Part shown: in pieces, positions 46,308 through 56,000 of the stretch | Position numbering within the stretch: the first letter of the stretch is position 1 | Layout of the letters: every line of letters starts with the position of its first letter | Origin: Patescibacteria group bacterium | Lineage (GTDB): Bacteria; Patescibacteriota; Microgenomatia; UBA1400; PJMF01 | Direction of reading: 5' to 3' | NCBI GenBank assembly: GCA_016861205.1 | Contig: BOKX01000001.1 | Location: forward strand, 72,539 to 136,538 | Length of the DNA stretch: 64,000 nucleotides | The notes under the pieces: model-generated | Database searches by the model: none | Seen by the model: the letters and a program-made list of their open reading frames with translations, nothing else | Told to the model about the DNA's origin: nothing | Program-made: the position numbers and the translations under genes

Positions 46308-48174
46308 ACAGGCCGATACTGGTGAAGTCCAGTCTCGGCTAGCTTGGTTTGTGTCATGGACGCCTCTCAGCATGCTTGTCGTCTATCTGATGGTGCGATG
46401 GAACTTGGGCGTGGATTGGTGGTTAGTTGTTAAGGTTTTGGGTTGGAGTTGGTTCTGGCTACTTGTGCCAGTTCAACTGGCGACGACCAGAGCAAAACGA
46501 GTGCCAGCTGAGCTGATAGCCTTCATGGCTGTGGTGGTGGTGGCAGCAACGGGCTATGTCGGTAATGAGCATTTAAAGCTGTTTGAGTGGGTTATTCCCG
46601 GATGTGGTGTTTTTTCTTGGTTGCTGTCTACCTATTACTGGAGATCCAGGATTGTCCGGAGTGAATGGATAACTCTGCCTTGGTTGGTGTGGCTGAGTAG
46701 CTGGTTCGCGCTCCGTGTTTGGGGTAGCGAGTACTTATCACCCTTATTTCGCGAGAACGTGGCTACGATGGCTGCCCATCCAGACACTCTTTTTCACTTA
46801 GCTATCGCCAACATGCTGAAAACATACGGGGTGGTGACAACAGGGTTGGATGGTTTGGTAGCTCTGCCCTATCACGCAGGCAGCCACTGGTTGCTGGCTG
46901 GTTGGAGCTGGTGGCTGGCTGCCCCAGTTATCGAAACCTACAATGTTTTGTATCCTGTGGTTTGGTTACCCTTGCTACTTTTAGTGAGTTGGTGGCTGAG
47001 TGTCAGGATTGCAGCCACTTGGTCAACCAATCTATCGTCAGTTACAAATTGGCTGAGTTGGTTGGTTCTAATCAGTTGGATTGGATGGGTTCAACCATGG
47101 CCGCTGAGTTGGCAGAACCATTGGCAGTTAGAAACTGTCCTAATGTTTAGTGAGTCATACACCATTGGTTTAGCTGTAACCGGTTTAATTGCCGGCTGGT
47201 GGCTGAGTAGTAGTCGAAAAGACACACATCGTTGGCCTTGGTTAGTGCTCAATCTGGGTGTGTGGCTGTTTGTGGGTTGGATCAAAATTTCATTTTTGTA
47301 CTTTGGTTTAGTACTTAGCTGGTGGTGGCTGTTTCATAGCTGGCGAACCACCAGTAAAAAACAATGGTTTATGGCTGGAGTCTTATCGGCGCTAGCGGTG
47401 GTCGTTTACCGGCTTACAAGTTTACCGGATCATGCAGTGACATGGCAGCCTGGTGCCTTCTGGGTGAGCAAATTGGCAGCCAACTGGCGATTAAGCTGGT
47501 GGCCAGTGGCTCTAGCTGACTGGCTAATAGTGTTGGGTTGGTGGTGGCAGCAGCCACAGCGCTGGCGTTTGCTAAAGACCTGGCCGGCACAAGCTTCGAC
47601 GCTCATTATTGGAGCAGGTTTGTTACCAGCTTTTTTATTACTTATGCCAGGCGGGAATGAAGTGTACTTTTTGGAAGTTCAGCGATGGTGGGCAGTTGCC
47701 CTTTTGGGAGCAGCTTGGTTCAGGCTGAAGTCCAATGGGGTTTTCTTTCGCAACAACAAGACGAAGTCACTAGGCAGGTTGGTCATTGGTGTACTGCTAG
47801 TGGCTGGTTTGACTGTTAACTATCTGTGGGCAACCAAAATTTTGGTAGTACAAGTGAGTACACGTCAGGCCCGCTATCACCAACTTTACGACGACCCACG
47901 TGCTGAGTTTCAGGAAATTATGAGGTGGTTGCAACAGGTTTCAGAGTTGTCACTGAGCCAGAAACAACAGCTGGCCCTCTCGATTTCTCCAACATCGAAG
48001 TATTGGCGCCTAAGTAGCCGATGCGATGTCGTTTCTCTAATTGCCCCAGCGTGGACTGGAGTCCAGCTGGCGGAAGGTCTCCCAAAGTCTGGTTGTTCTC
48101 GTTCGTTATTTGGTCACCGACTTTACCCAAACTACTCGAGTGTGACAGTCACTGATCGGTTGCTGAGCCCATAA
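46276..48174 (+). CDS. Trp-rich multipass membrane protein, GT-C-like
   Basis: Over 12 hydrophobic segments, HPDTLFH and PYH loop motifs, follows GtrB-like gene. Confidence 0.55.
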   Translation: MGVRLTAPTAKQADTGEVQSRLAWFVSWTPLSMLVVYLMVRWNLGVDWWLVVKVLGWSWFWLLVPVQLATTRAKRVPAELIAFMAVVVVAATGYVGNEHLKLFEWVIPGCGVFSWLLSTYYWRSRIVRSEWITLPWLVWLSSWFALRVWGSEYLSPLFRENVATMAAHPDTLFHLAIANMLKTYGVVTTGLDGLVALPYHAGSHWLLAGWSWWLAAPVIETYNVLYPVVWLPLLLLVSWWLSVRIAATWSTNLSSVTNWLSWLVLISWIGWVQPWPLSWQNHWQLETVLMFSESYTIGLAVTGLIAGWWLSSSRKDTHRWPWLVLNLGVWLFVGWIKISFLYFGLVLSWWWLFHSWRTTSKKQWFMAGVLSALAVVVYRLTSLPDHAVTWQPGAFWVSKLAANWRLSWWPVALADWLIVLGWWWQQPQRWRLLKTWPAQASTLIIGAGLLPAFLLLMPGGNEVYFLEVQRWWAVALLGAAWFRLKSNGVFFRNNKTKSLGRLVIGVLLVAGLTVNYLWATKILVVQVSTRQARYHQLYDDPRAEFQEIMRWLQQVSELSLSQKQQLALSISPTSKYWRLSSRCDVVSLIAPAWTGVQLAEGLPKSGCSRSLFGHRLYPNYSSVTVTDRLLSP

Positions 48175-48224
48175 TTATAAATTTAGAACTTGCTTAAACC
48201 CAGATGATTGGGTAGGATGATTCG

Positions 48225-50213
48225 ATGCGCAGATCCTCCTACCCCATACGCATTCTAACTAGCATTTTGGCGGTTGGTCTGTGGCTGTTGCTTGCACCCC
48301 TCTCGAAGGCTTTTGCAGCTACGTACTACGTTTCACCAAGTGGTAATGACAGCAATACTGGAACAACTGAAGCACAGTCCTGGCGAACGATTCAACGGGC
48401 GGGTGATGCTGTTTCTCCTGGTGATACTGTCCTGATCGCTCCGGGAACATATAATGGCAGCTCAGGACAACAGTCAGTTTTGTACCCAAGAACTTCTGGA
48501 ACAGCCTCAGCTCCTATTACCTTTAAGTCGCTCAACAGTACCAGACCAGTGTTGTCTGGTATTAACACGGGCAAAGATGTCATCAACTTGACCGATCGCA
48601 ACTATATTGTCATTGATAATTTACAGTTACAAGATCCTTGTAGTAACTGGTGCCGATGGTTAACTTTGGAGAACGCTAATCACAATACAGTGAATAACAC
48701 TCGATTTGTGATGACACGTGCTTCCACTGGAGTTGACTGGATTGGTATCAACTTTCAGAATGCCACTTACAACAAACTAACCAACTGTCACGTTGATGGT
48801 TGGGGGGTGTACGGTGATCCCTACAACAATGGTGGAGACGCGGTTCAACTCAATGGTGCCAGTCACCATAATCTGATTGAAGGTTGTTTTATTGGTGCAG
48901 CAGGTCACGCCGGTTTGCAGCTGGACGGTGGTGATACTTACTTTAATGTAATTCGTAACAATACCTTTCAGAATCGTCTGGAGAAGGCTTTTGAAACTAC
49001 CCAGCGCCGGGCCGGTCGTTTTGAGTACAACTTGTTCGAAGGTAACACGTGTATTGATTCACGTTACAACTCTGAGTTGCACGGAGGCATGTGTTTACAC
49101 ATCAATGCCAACCGCAACATTATCCGCCGTAACGTCCTGAGAGGTGCGCTCGGTTGGGCAATTGATATGCAGGTGTGGGGCGCAGAAACCTTGAACAACA
49201 TTGGTAACCATGTTTTCCACAACACCATTGTCAACAATGGTATCGATCAGTCTGTATACCATGTTCAAGCAACCACAGGTATTGCTATTGAAGATTTTGG
49301 TTACACCGCGGCTCCGCATCGCGATCACCGAATCAAAAATAATATTATTTACGATAACAAACCCCAAACCAACTTCAGCCCACCTCGAAACGTGCAGATC
49401 TTGCTCGGCTTCGATGGAAGCCGATCTGGTGCTCCATTCAGCGGCGTCCAAGTGGCGGGTAACTTACTCCATGGTAACAGTGACACCAATGAGACCATCA
49501 CTGTTTACGGTATGGCTGAAGGTACAGCCCAGTCATACAATCAAAGCCACCCAAATAATTTCTGGGGTAACATCTCGCAAGCTCCGCAATTTGTGGCCTA
49601 CGACCAGGGCGTAGCAAACAATCCGCTTGATGGCACGTTTGATCTAAGACTGCAGGCTGGATCACCAGGCATTGATCAAGGCGTTAGTTTGACACAAACC
49701 ACTGCAGCTGGATCTGGAACGGTGGTTCCTGTGCAGGATGCTGGCTATTTCCAAGATGGCTTTGACGGCATTATTGCTCCAGATCAGATTCGCGTCGGCA
49801 ACAATTTGGTAACGATTTCAGATATTGATTATGGCAACAACCGTATCACCGTTGACCGCTCAATTTCTTGGGCTGCTGGTGATGGTGTTAACTTACCCTT
49901 TTCAGGGAATGCTCCAGATATAGGGGCCTATGAGGCTAACGGTAGTGGAGGCCCTCAAACAAGCAGTACACCGAGCCCAGTAGCTAGTGTTGTGCCTTCC
50001 CCATCGCCTTCCGCTACGCCAAACACGCAGGCCTGCCGCGCGGCCGATATTAATCAAGACAACACTGTTAATCAGACAGACCGGACCTTGCTTATTAATG
50101 ATTTCTTTAAGCGTTTGCCGGTCACACCTCGAGCTGACATTAATGCTGACGGAATTGTCGACATTACAGATTATGGTCTGCTCGTCCAGTCATACCAACA
50201 AACCTGCCAATAA
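48225..50213 (+). CDS. secreted parallel beta-helix protein with C-terminal dockerin
   Basis: Signal peptide, TYYVSPSGNDSNTGT, PGDTVLIAPGTY, APDIGAYE, ADINQDNTVN/ADINADGIVDITD. Confidence 0.85.
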   Translation: MRRSSYPIRILTSILAVGLWLLLAPLSKAFAATYYVSPSGNDSNTGTTEAQSWRTIQRAGDAVSPGDTVLIAPGTYNGSSGQQSVLYPRTSGTASAPITFKSLNSTRPVLSGINTGKDVINLTDRNYIVIDNLQLQDPCSNWCRWLTLENANHNTVNNTRFVMTRASTGVDWIGINFQNATYNKLTNCHVDGWGVYGDPYNNGGDAVQLNGASHHNLIEGCFIGAAGHAGLQLDGGDTYFNVIRNNTFQNRLEKAFETTQRRAGRFEYNLFEGNTCIDSRYNSELHGGMCLHINANRNIIRRNVLRGALGWAIDMQVWGAETLNNIGNHVFHNTIVNNGIDQSVYHVQATTGIAIEDFGYTAAPHRDHRIKNNIIYDNKPQTNFSPPRNVQILLGFDGSRSGAPFSGVQVAGNLLHGNSDTNETITVYGMAEGTAQSYNQSHPNNFWGNISQAPQFVAYDQGVANNPLDGTFDLRLQAGSPGIDQGVSLTQTTAAGSGTVVPVQDAGYFQDGFDGIIAPDQIRVGNNLVTISDIDYGNNRITVDRSISWAAGDGVNLPFSGNAPDIGAYEANGSGGPQTSSTPSPVASVVPSPSPSATPNTQACRAADINQDNTVNQTDRTLLINDFFKRLPVTPRADINADGIVDITDYGLLVQSYQQTCQ

Positions 50214-50233
50214 ATAACAATAGAAACCTATTT

Positions 50234-51262
50234 ATGACCGATACAAATCCTTGGCAACCTACACCTCATGTTGATTATGAACCCAACATTACAGTCGATC
50301 CCAAACCCGGCTTGAGACGTTTGTGGCCGGTGGTGGGGGTAGTAGTGGTTTCGTTAGTGGCAACAGGGATTATCAGTTTTATGCAGCTGGCGAACAAATC
50401 TGAGCCTGACGGCCAGGTAGCTGCTGCTAGCAATGCAGGGACAGCTACGTTGCAGCTGCAACCTGCCAGTCAAAGCTACACAGCTGGACAAGCAGTCTCT
50501 GTGGATATCGTGGCTAATTACGGACTGTCGACGATTGACGGAATGCAGCTCTATGCCAACTTGAGCGGAGCTGTGCCGAGTGATTTACAACTGACACTGA
50601 CCCCACCAGCAGGTTTTGAGGTGGCCAGTAAAGAAGTTGCTTTGAGTGGTTCCAGTCCCCAGTTTAAGTTTGCTTTAGTTTCTCAGAATCCGACAACTGG
50701 CGTAGCAGGTCAAAACCAACCAGTTGTGGTTGGGTCGCTGACGTTTACTGCTCCGACCAGCGGTTCACTGCAAGTTGCCTTTGATAGCAGCTTATCAAAA
50801 TTAATGCAACACAGTAGTAACACCGATATCCTGCGGACGCCAACCAATGGCCAGTTCAGCTTTGTGGCGCCGGCAGTCACCCCAACACCTGTCGCCACTC
50901 CAGTTTTACCGACCCCAACTATAATTGCCACGGCTAAGCCAACGCCAAGTATCATTCCTACTCCGGTGCCTTCCCCATCACCCAGTCCCAGCCCTTCACC
51001 GACGTCTGGAATGACAGTATTACTGGCGCGTTGGCGTGAGTGGCCATGGCGATGGAATCAGCTTAATGTGCAAGTGAAAGCCAACTTTGCACCCCCTACC
51101 ACCATTGAGGTAGTTGGTTTTGGCAAGTTATCGTACAACAAACGAACGAAGATATATCAGAAGGTTTTCTACACCAATCAAAAGCCGACACAGATTGTGA
51201 TCAAGGCAAGTAATGGTGATCAGATTACTGTCCCAGTCGAGATTATTAAGTTTGGCAAATAG
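50234..51262 (+). CDS. membrane-anchored cohesin-domain protein with Pro/Thr linker
   Basis: N-terminal TM; ATLQLQP..GQAVSVDI..IDG..VGSLTFTA..GSLQVAF..DIL. Confidence 0.7.
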   Translation: MTDTNPWQPTPHVDYEPNITVDPKPGLRRLWPVVGVVVVSLVATGIISFMQLANKSEPDGQVAAASNAGTATLQLQPASQSYTAGQAVSVDIVANYGLSTIDGMQLYANLSGAVPSDLQLTLTPPAGFEVASKEVALSGSSPQFKFALVSQNPTTGVAGQNQPVVVGSLTFTAPTSGSLQVAFDSSLSKLMQHSSNTDILRTPTNGQFSFVAPAVTPTPVATPVLPTPTIIATAKPTPSIIPTPVPSPSPSPSPSPTSGMTVLLARWREWPWRWNQLNVQVKANFAPPTTIEVVGFGKLSYNKRTKIYQKVFYTNQKPTQIVIKASNGDQITVPVEIIKFGK

Positions 51263-51285
51263 TTGAAATTGCCTGCTCAAAGTCT

Positions 51286-52530
51286 ATGGTTTCACGGATC
51301 AGTGCCGAAGGCGAGTCATGTTTTCATCAAAGTACTGTTGGCACGGTGCTTCTCGAACTTGGTTTGGCTGGTCAGTTCCCAAATTGGTTGAATGTTCCAC
51401 TAGTTCTTGAGTCAGTTGATCATGGTGACAGAACTGAGTATGTGGCAACAGTTCTCAGAACACTTGACTCAAAGAGTTTGTATGACTTTTTAAGGGCGAC
51501 GACCAACAACCGTTTTGACCCGGGAGTGGTCGATGTACGCTCAGATTGGGAAATGCCAGATAGAGCTCATGGTCGCCCTGGCTCAGGAGTTGAGTACTTC
51601 CGAAGACTGCTTCACCTTCACGAGGCAATGGGGACAAGTTGGTTGGCTTTCGAGACTGTTCGGCGTGAGTTTATTACCGCTATCGAGCCACCACTTGAGA
51701 CACAAATTCGAACTACCTTGCCCTGCCCGTTTTTGATTGAGCCACAAATAGCAGCTGATTTGAAGAGCAAGTTATATCGACATGGTAAGGCAACCAACCA
51801 ACTATTTGCAGAGTTACTTCGCGAAACTACTCGAGCTAATCTTCAGGTGATCTTAGCGAATTCTCGAGTTCAACATGAATTGTTGCCACATGAACGAAAA
51901 ATGGATGCAACCGAGTTGCAGCGGCAAATTCTGGGTAGGATTCGCCACTCACAATGGTACAGCCAGCGTTTTTTTGACTCAGAACTTTGGTCGGCGTTGT
52001 TACGGCGCTATCGGGAGCAGTTTTTCGAAGCTACTGAGGTTCAACTGTTGACCGGTGAGAAGGTGACAGCGTATCAGATGCGAGCTCAAGATAGTAGCAA
52101 CCTTAATCTCAGACTTCATCAAAATGGTCGGTGGTATGACTTGGTTCTCGAGCATGATCGCTTGCTCTACCGGACAAACCAAGATGGTGCAACGGTAAGT
52201 TTGGTGCCTAGTATTCACTGGACTAAAGTTGAAAGTTCAGTGGCCCGTCACACGCGAGAGCTACATGTGAGTAGCTTGCTGGGAAAAAGCGCAGAGACTG
52301 TGGCTGGCGTGAGCATCAATCGCAACTCACTGATGGGTATCTTATTGGTCGCTTTATTTTCTCCTGAGGAACGCCAATTGTGGCCTACCAAAATGGGTTT
52401 GCCAGGTGGTAACTATGAGCAAGCAATTGGACCAGGACAAGCTCCTGTTATGGCTCACCTTCGTGCTACACAACTCAGTGAATCGGCTATCTTGCCGGCC
52501 ATGGAAGCTTTGCTATCACAGGAAGGTTAG
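51286..52530 (+). CDS. hypothetical protein
   Basis: 414-aa ORF, no motif recognised. Confidence 0.6.
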   Translation: MVSRISAEGESCFHQSTVGTVLLELGLAGQFPNWLNVPLVLESVDHGDRTEYVATVLRTLDSKSLYDFLRATTNNRFDPGVVDVRSDWEMPDRAHGRPGSGVEYFRRLLHLHEAMGTSWLAFETVRREFITAIEPPLETQIRTTLPCPFLIEPQIAADLKSKLYRHGKATNQLFAELLRETTRANLQVILANSRVQHELLPHERKMDATELQRQILGRIRHSQWYSQRFFDSELWSALLRRYREQFFEATEVQLLTGEKVTAYQMRAQDSSNLNLRLHQNGRWYDLVLEHDRLLYRTNQDGATVSLVPSIHWTKVESSVARHTRELHVSSLLGKSAETVAGVSINRNSLMGILLVALFSPEERQLWPTKMGLPGGNYEQAIGPGQAPVMAHLRATQLSESAILPAMEALLSQEG

Positions 52531-53054
52531 TTTTCAGTTGCAGCAGGCGAAGCTGAAGGAATGGGGCTCTCTTCAGTCGTGTCAGCCCGATTGTTACCCT
52601 CGGTAGCCGGTTCAGCCGTCCCATTTTCGTTATCAAGGACTAATGGACCAGAATTGACAATGATATTTCGCTCAGGACTGTAGACAAAAGCTTTTTGTGC
52701 CTGTGGATAGATAACGAGTTTGTCACCGTTCTGGGCTTGGGCATAAAAGGCTGATTGAGTGGCTAAAAAGGCAGAATCAATGATTGTAGCAACCACTGGC
52801 TCTTCTTCTGGAAGCAACACCAATTTGCCTAGCCGTTGCACAACGGCTTGAATTTCACGCTTAGCCAGTTCCTCTTGGGCACCAGGCTGGGTTAACTGCC
52901 TAAGTTGCTGACGAGTTTGGTAGTACATGAACCCAGTTGCAGCTAAGCCTCCAAGTAAAAGCAGAATCAAGAAAGCCAAAAAGATAGTAAACTTACCACC
53001 TTTTTTCTTGGTTTTTGGACTTACTGTGGGAGTTGATTCGGTTTGTTCATTCAT
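52527..53054 (-). CDS. single-TM hypothetical protein
   Basis: Basic patch + TM, LVLLPEEEPVVATI, FYAQAQNGDKLVIY. Confidence 0.75.
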   Translation of the reverse strand: MNEQTESTPTVSPKTKKKGGKFTIFLAFLILLLLGGLAATGFMYYQTRQQLRQLTQPGAQEELAKREIQAVVQRLGKLVLLPEEEPVVATIIDSAFLATQSAFYAQAQNGDKLVIYPQAQKAFVYSPERNIIVNSGPLVLDNENGTAEPATEGNNRADTTEESPIPSASPAATEN

Positions 53055-53093
53055 ACAGTGCAGCTGCTATTGTGCAACGTCTCGGCAAGATCG

Positions 53094-56000
53094 TCAAGGT
53101 TCAAGCGGAATGCTTTCGGTGGTGCTTGGGGTTGGGGTAGGTACAGGGCTTACTTCCTGGCTTGGGGTTGGGGTAGGAGTTGGATCGATGGTTGGGCTCG
53201 GTGTCGGGCTGCTGGTAGGTGCCAGGCTAGCACTTGGGTTGGGTGTGGGCGAAGTTACTGAGGTTTCTAACTCAATCGAGCTACCCGCTACCGATTCAAC
53301 GACTCGTGGATCAGTAACTGCCACCGCCACCCAGTTAATCGTAACGTCCTCAGTGAGTGGCTCAGCTATTTGGATAGTGAAACTGTCTTGGGTGGTTTGG
53401 GTGACTCGCAGGCCAGAAACAGCTTTTTGGGCTGTTACCGTGACGACTGGTGGGGTGATAAAGCTGTGTTCGAAGGGCACCGTTACAGTCGTAGCACCGG
53501 CCTTAATTACTGCATAACCAGCTGCGTCTTTATCACTTAGATAGAGACGGCCACGGACGGTGACATCAGCCAAAAACTCAGCTGGCTTCTCAAAAATGGT
53601 TTTGCCAATGATGGTCAATACATCGCTGCCCCAGGTCATGAATGGATTGAGCTCTGCCCGGGCCACCCACTCTGCGTTATCGAGAGCTAATTCATGAGTT
53701 GATTGGTCAGCATAGAAATCGGTTAAGTCTTCACCGTTGGTGAGGTTTTTAATACGAACTAACTTTTCACCAGAAAGTTTTTCTACCACGCGCAGCGCTT
53801 TGGTCATGTCAGCATTGATGGCTAAGCCGTTGCGCTCTGAGTAAAAAGCCCAGGCAAGATCTTCACTGCGCTGGTTATCGAGCAGACTAAAGTTGTGCGG
53901 TGAGAGGGTGGTGACGTTCCCCGCTTCGTCCCGGACTTGGAGCTCGTGACTACCGGCGACATCCACTGCAAACAGTTGAATACCATCAGTGATACTAGTA
54001 GTAGGTGCTGTTGAGCTAGCAATGGCGAAGACTCTACTGGCATTAGTTCCAAATGCGAGTGTCGGTAAGAGCCCGACATTCTGAGCGCTATCAATCCGCA
54101 AAGCGGTGACGGTATTGGTGGCAAAGCCCATTGAGTCAGTATCGTGGTGGTAGGCGATCACGCCCATATCCTCACTATCTTCGTCTGAGAAGCTCAACAA
54201 TTGGTGGGCAGTATTATTGCTAACCCACTTCAAACGGTTAGTATCGAAGTGTTCCAGGACCAACGTATCGTTGCCGTCCAGGGTGTAGGCCCGATTCGTG
54301 GCGGTCCGGCGAATGTGGGTAAAGCCCTCAGGGTTGGAAGTGTTGATACCAATGCGCCCGCTTTCCCGCAGTACAAACCGTGTTGTACCTGAGGATGACG
54401 CAGTCAAAATATCATTGGTTCCAGTCTCATTGAGTACAGCCAATGCTTTGCCGGTCTGAGTCCCTGTTAGTTGTAGTCGATGGATGGGAGATGTGGTTCC
54501 CATGCCGATGTTTCCTCGATCTTGGACATATAGGCCTGAGTTGCCACCTGAGTCAGTAATATTCAGTGCTCCACCCGTGGTAGTGCCATTGCCACTCACC
54601 TGTAACCGAGCGCCAGGGACGTATGTTCCAATCCCGATATTACCAGCATTGTTGGGATTGAATAGGATGTCATACCCACTGCCGCCAGCGGCAGTCCGAC
54701 CGCCCAAAATATAGCCGTACTCACCTATCGCCTGACCACTGATGCGGATTCCACCAGAGTTATAGCCAAGGCCGGTGTCGACACCCAAGTTTTGTGACAA
54801 ATAGACCCGCGATACAAAATCCCACCGCACATCGATGGTGCCAGCACTGTGTCGAACGTGGCCGTCATTGTTGGGACCAACGTGAAGGGAGGCTTGAGGG
54901 CTGGTTTCGCCGATACCCAAGCGACCAGTCCCGGTGAAGGTGAACAGGTCACTGCTTCCGTAGAGTCTTAAATCATCACCTGTGTTGTTGTACCACTGGA
55001 AGTTGGTGCCTGAACCATCGCGAGAGTCCATCTGCACACCTCCATTTGCACCAGTGACACGGAGCAGCTCGGCCACCCGAGCAGTACCATTAACATCCAG
55101 TTTGTAACTGGTGGAGGTAGTTCCAACTCCCACGTTGCCACCGCTTGGGTTAAGAAGAATTGGTGTGTATTGATTATTATCGCCGCTCTGAATGATAGCG
55201 GCTGTGTTATTGCCAGTGTTCTTATTGAGGATGAGATACCCTCCGTGCGTAGTGTAACTGGTGCCCTTCAAAGCCAGAGCGGCGCCGTTATCGATATTGT
55301 CGGCTGTAGCCAATATATCGAGCATAAACCCTGGAGTACCAAGACCCAGGCCCATGCGGCCGCTATTGGCTAGGACCAGTTTGGTGGTGCCGCTGGCGCT
55401 GGCGGTGAGAATATCACCGGCATTCGTTTGATTGATAATAGCCGCAGCATTGGAGCCATATTTTCCATCTACATGCAAAGCAGCGGTAGGAGCAGAGTTA
55501 TTGATACCCATTAAACCTGAAGCCCCAATATCTAACCAAGCAGTTACGATGTTGTTGGAATTATCTTGAATGGTGAGTGGTGTACCTGCAAAGTTTTCGC
55601 GATCAAAAATAGCCCATTTTTGAACGTTAGCTGCCTTAAATGTAATTCCGTTTCCTGCCCCAGCGCCACCATCCATATACAGCCCGGTCCCCGTATTATT
55701 GCTTTTCACATAGATATCAGCAACAGAGGCGTCCCAGATGTAGATATCCGAAGTTGGAGCAGTGGTACCAATACCTAGCTGGCCGGAGTTGGAAAGCACC
55801 ATTTTGGTGGTACCACTGGCGCTAGCACTTAAAATATTCCCGCTCAAAGTCTGGTTAATTGTCAAAGCATCATTAGCACCGTAGCCGCCGTTGATGTGGA
55901 GGAGAGCGGTGGGTGTGGTGGTGCCGATGCCAACTAAGCCACTGGCATTAATTAATAATTGTGTTGTAGAACTTGTTCTCAATGCTAATGAGGTGTTTTC

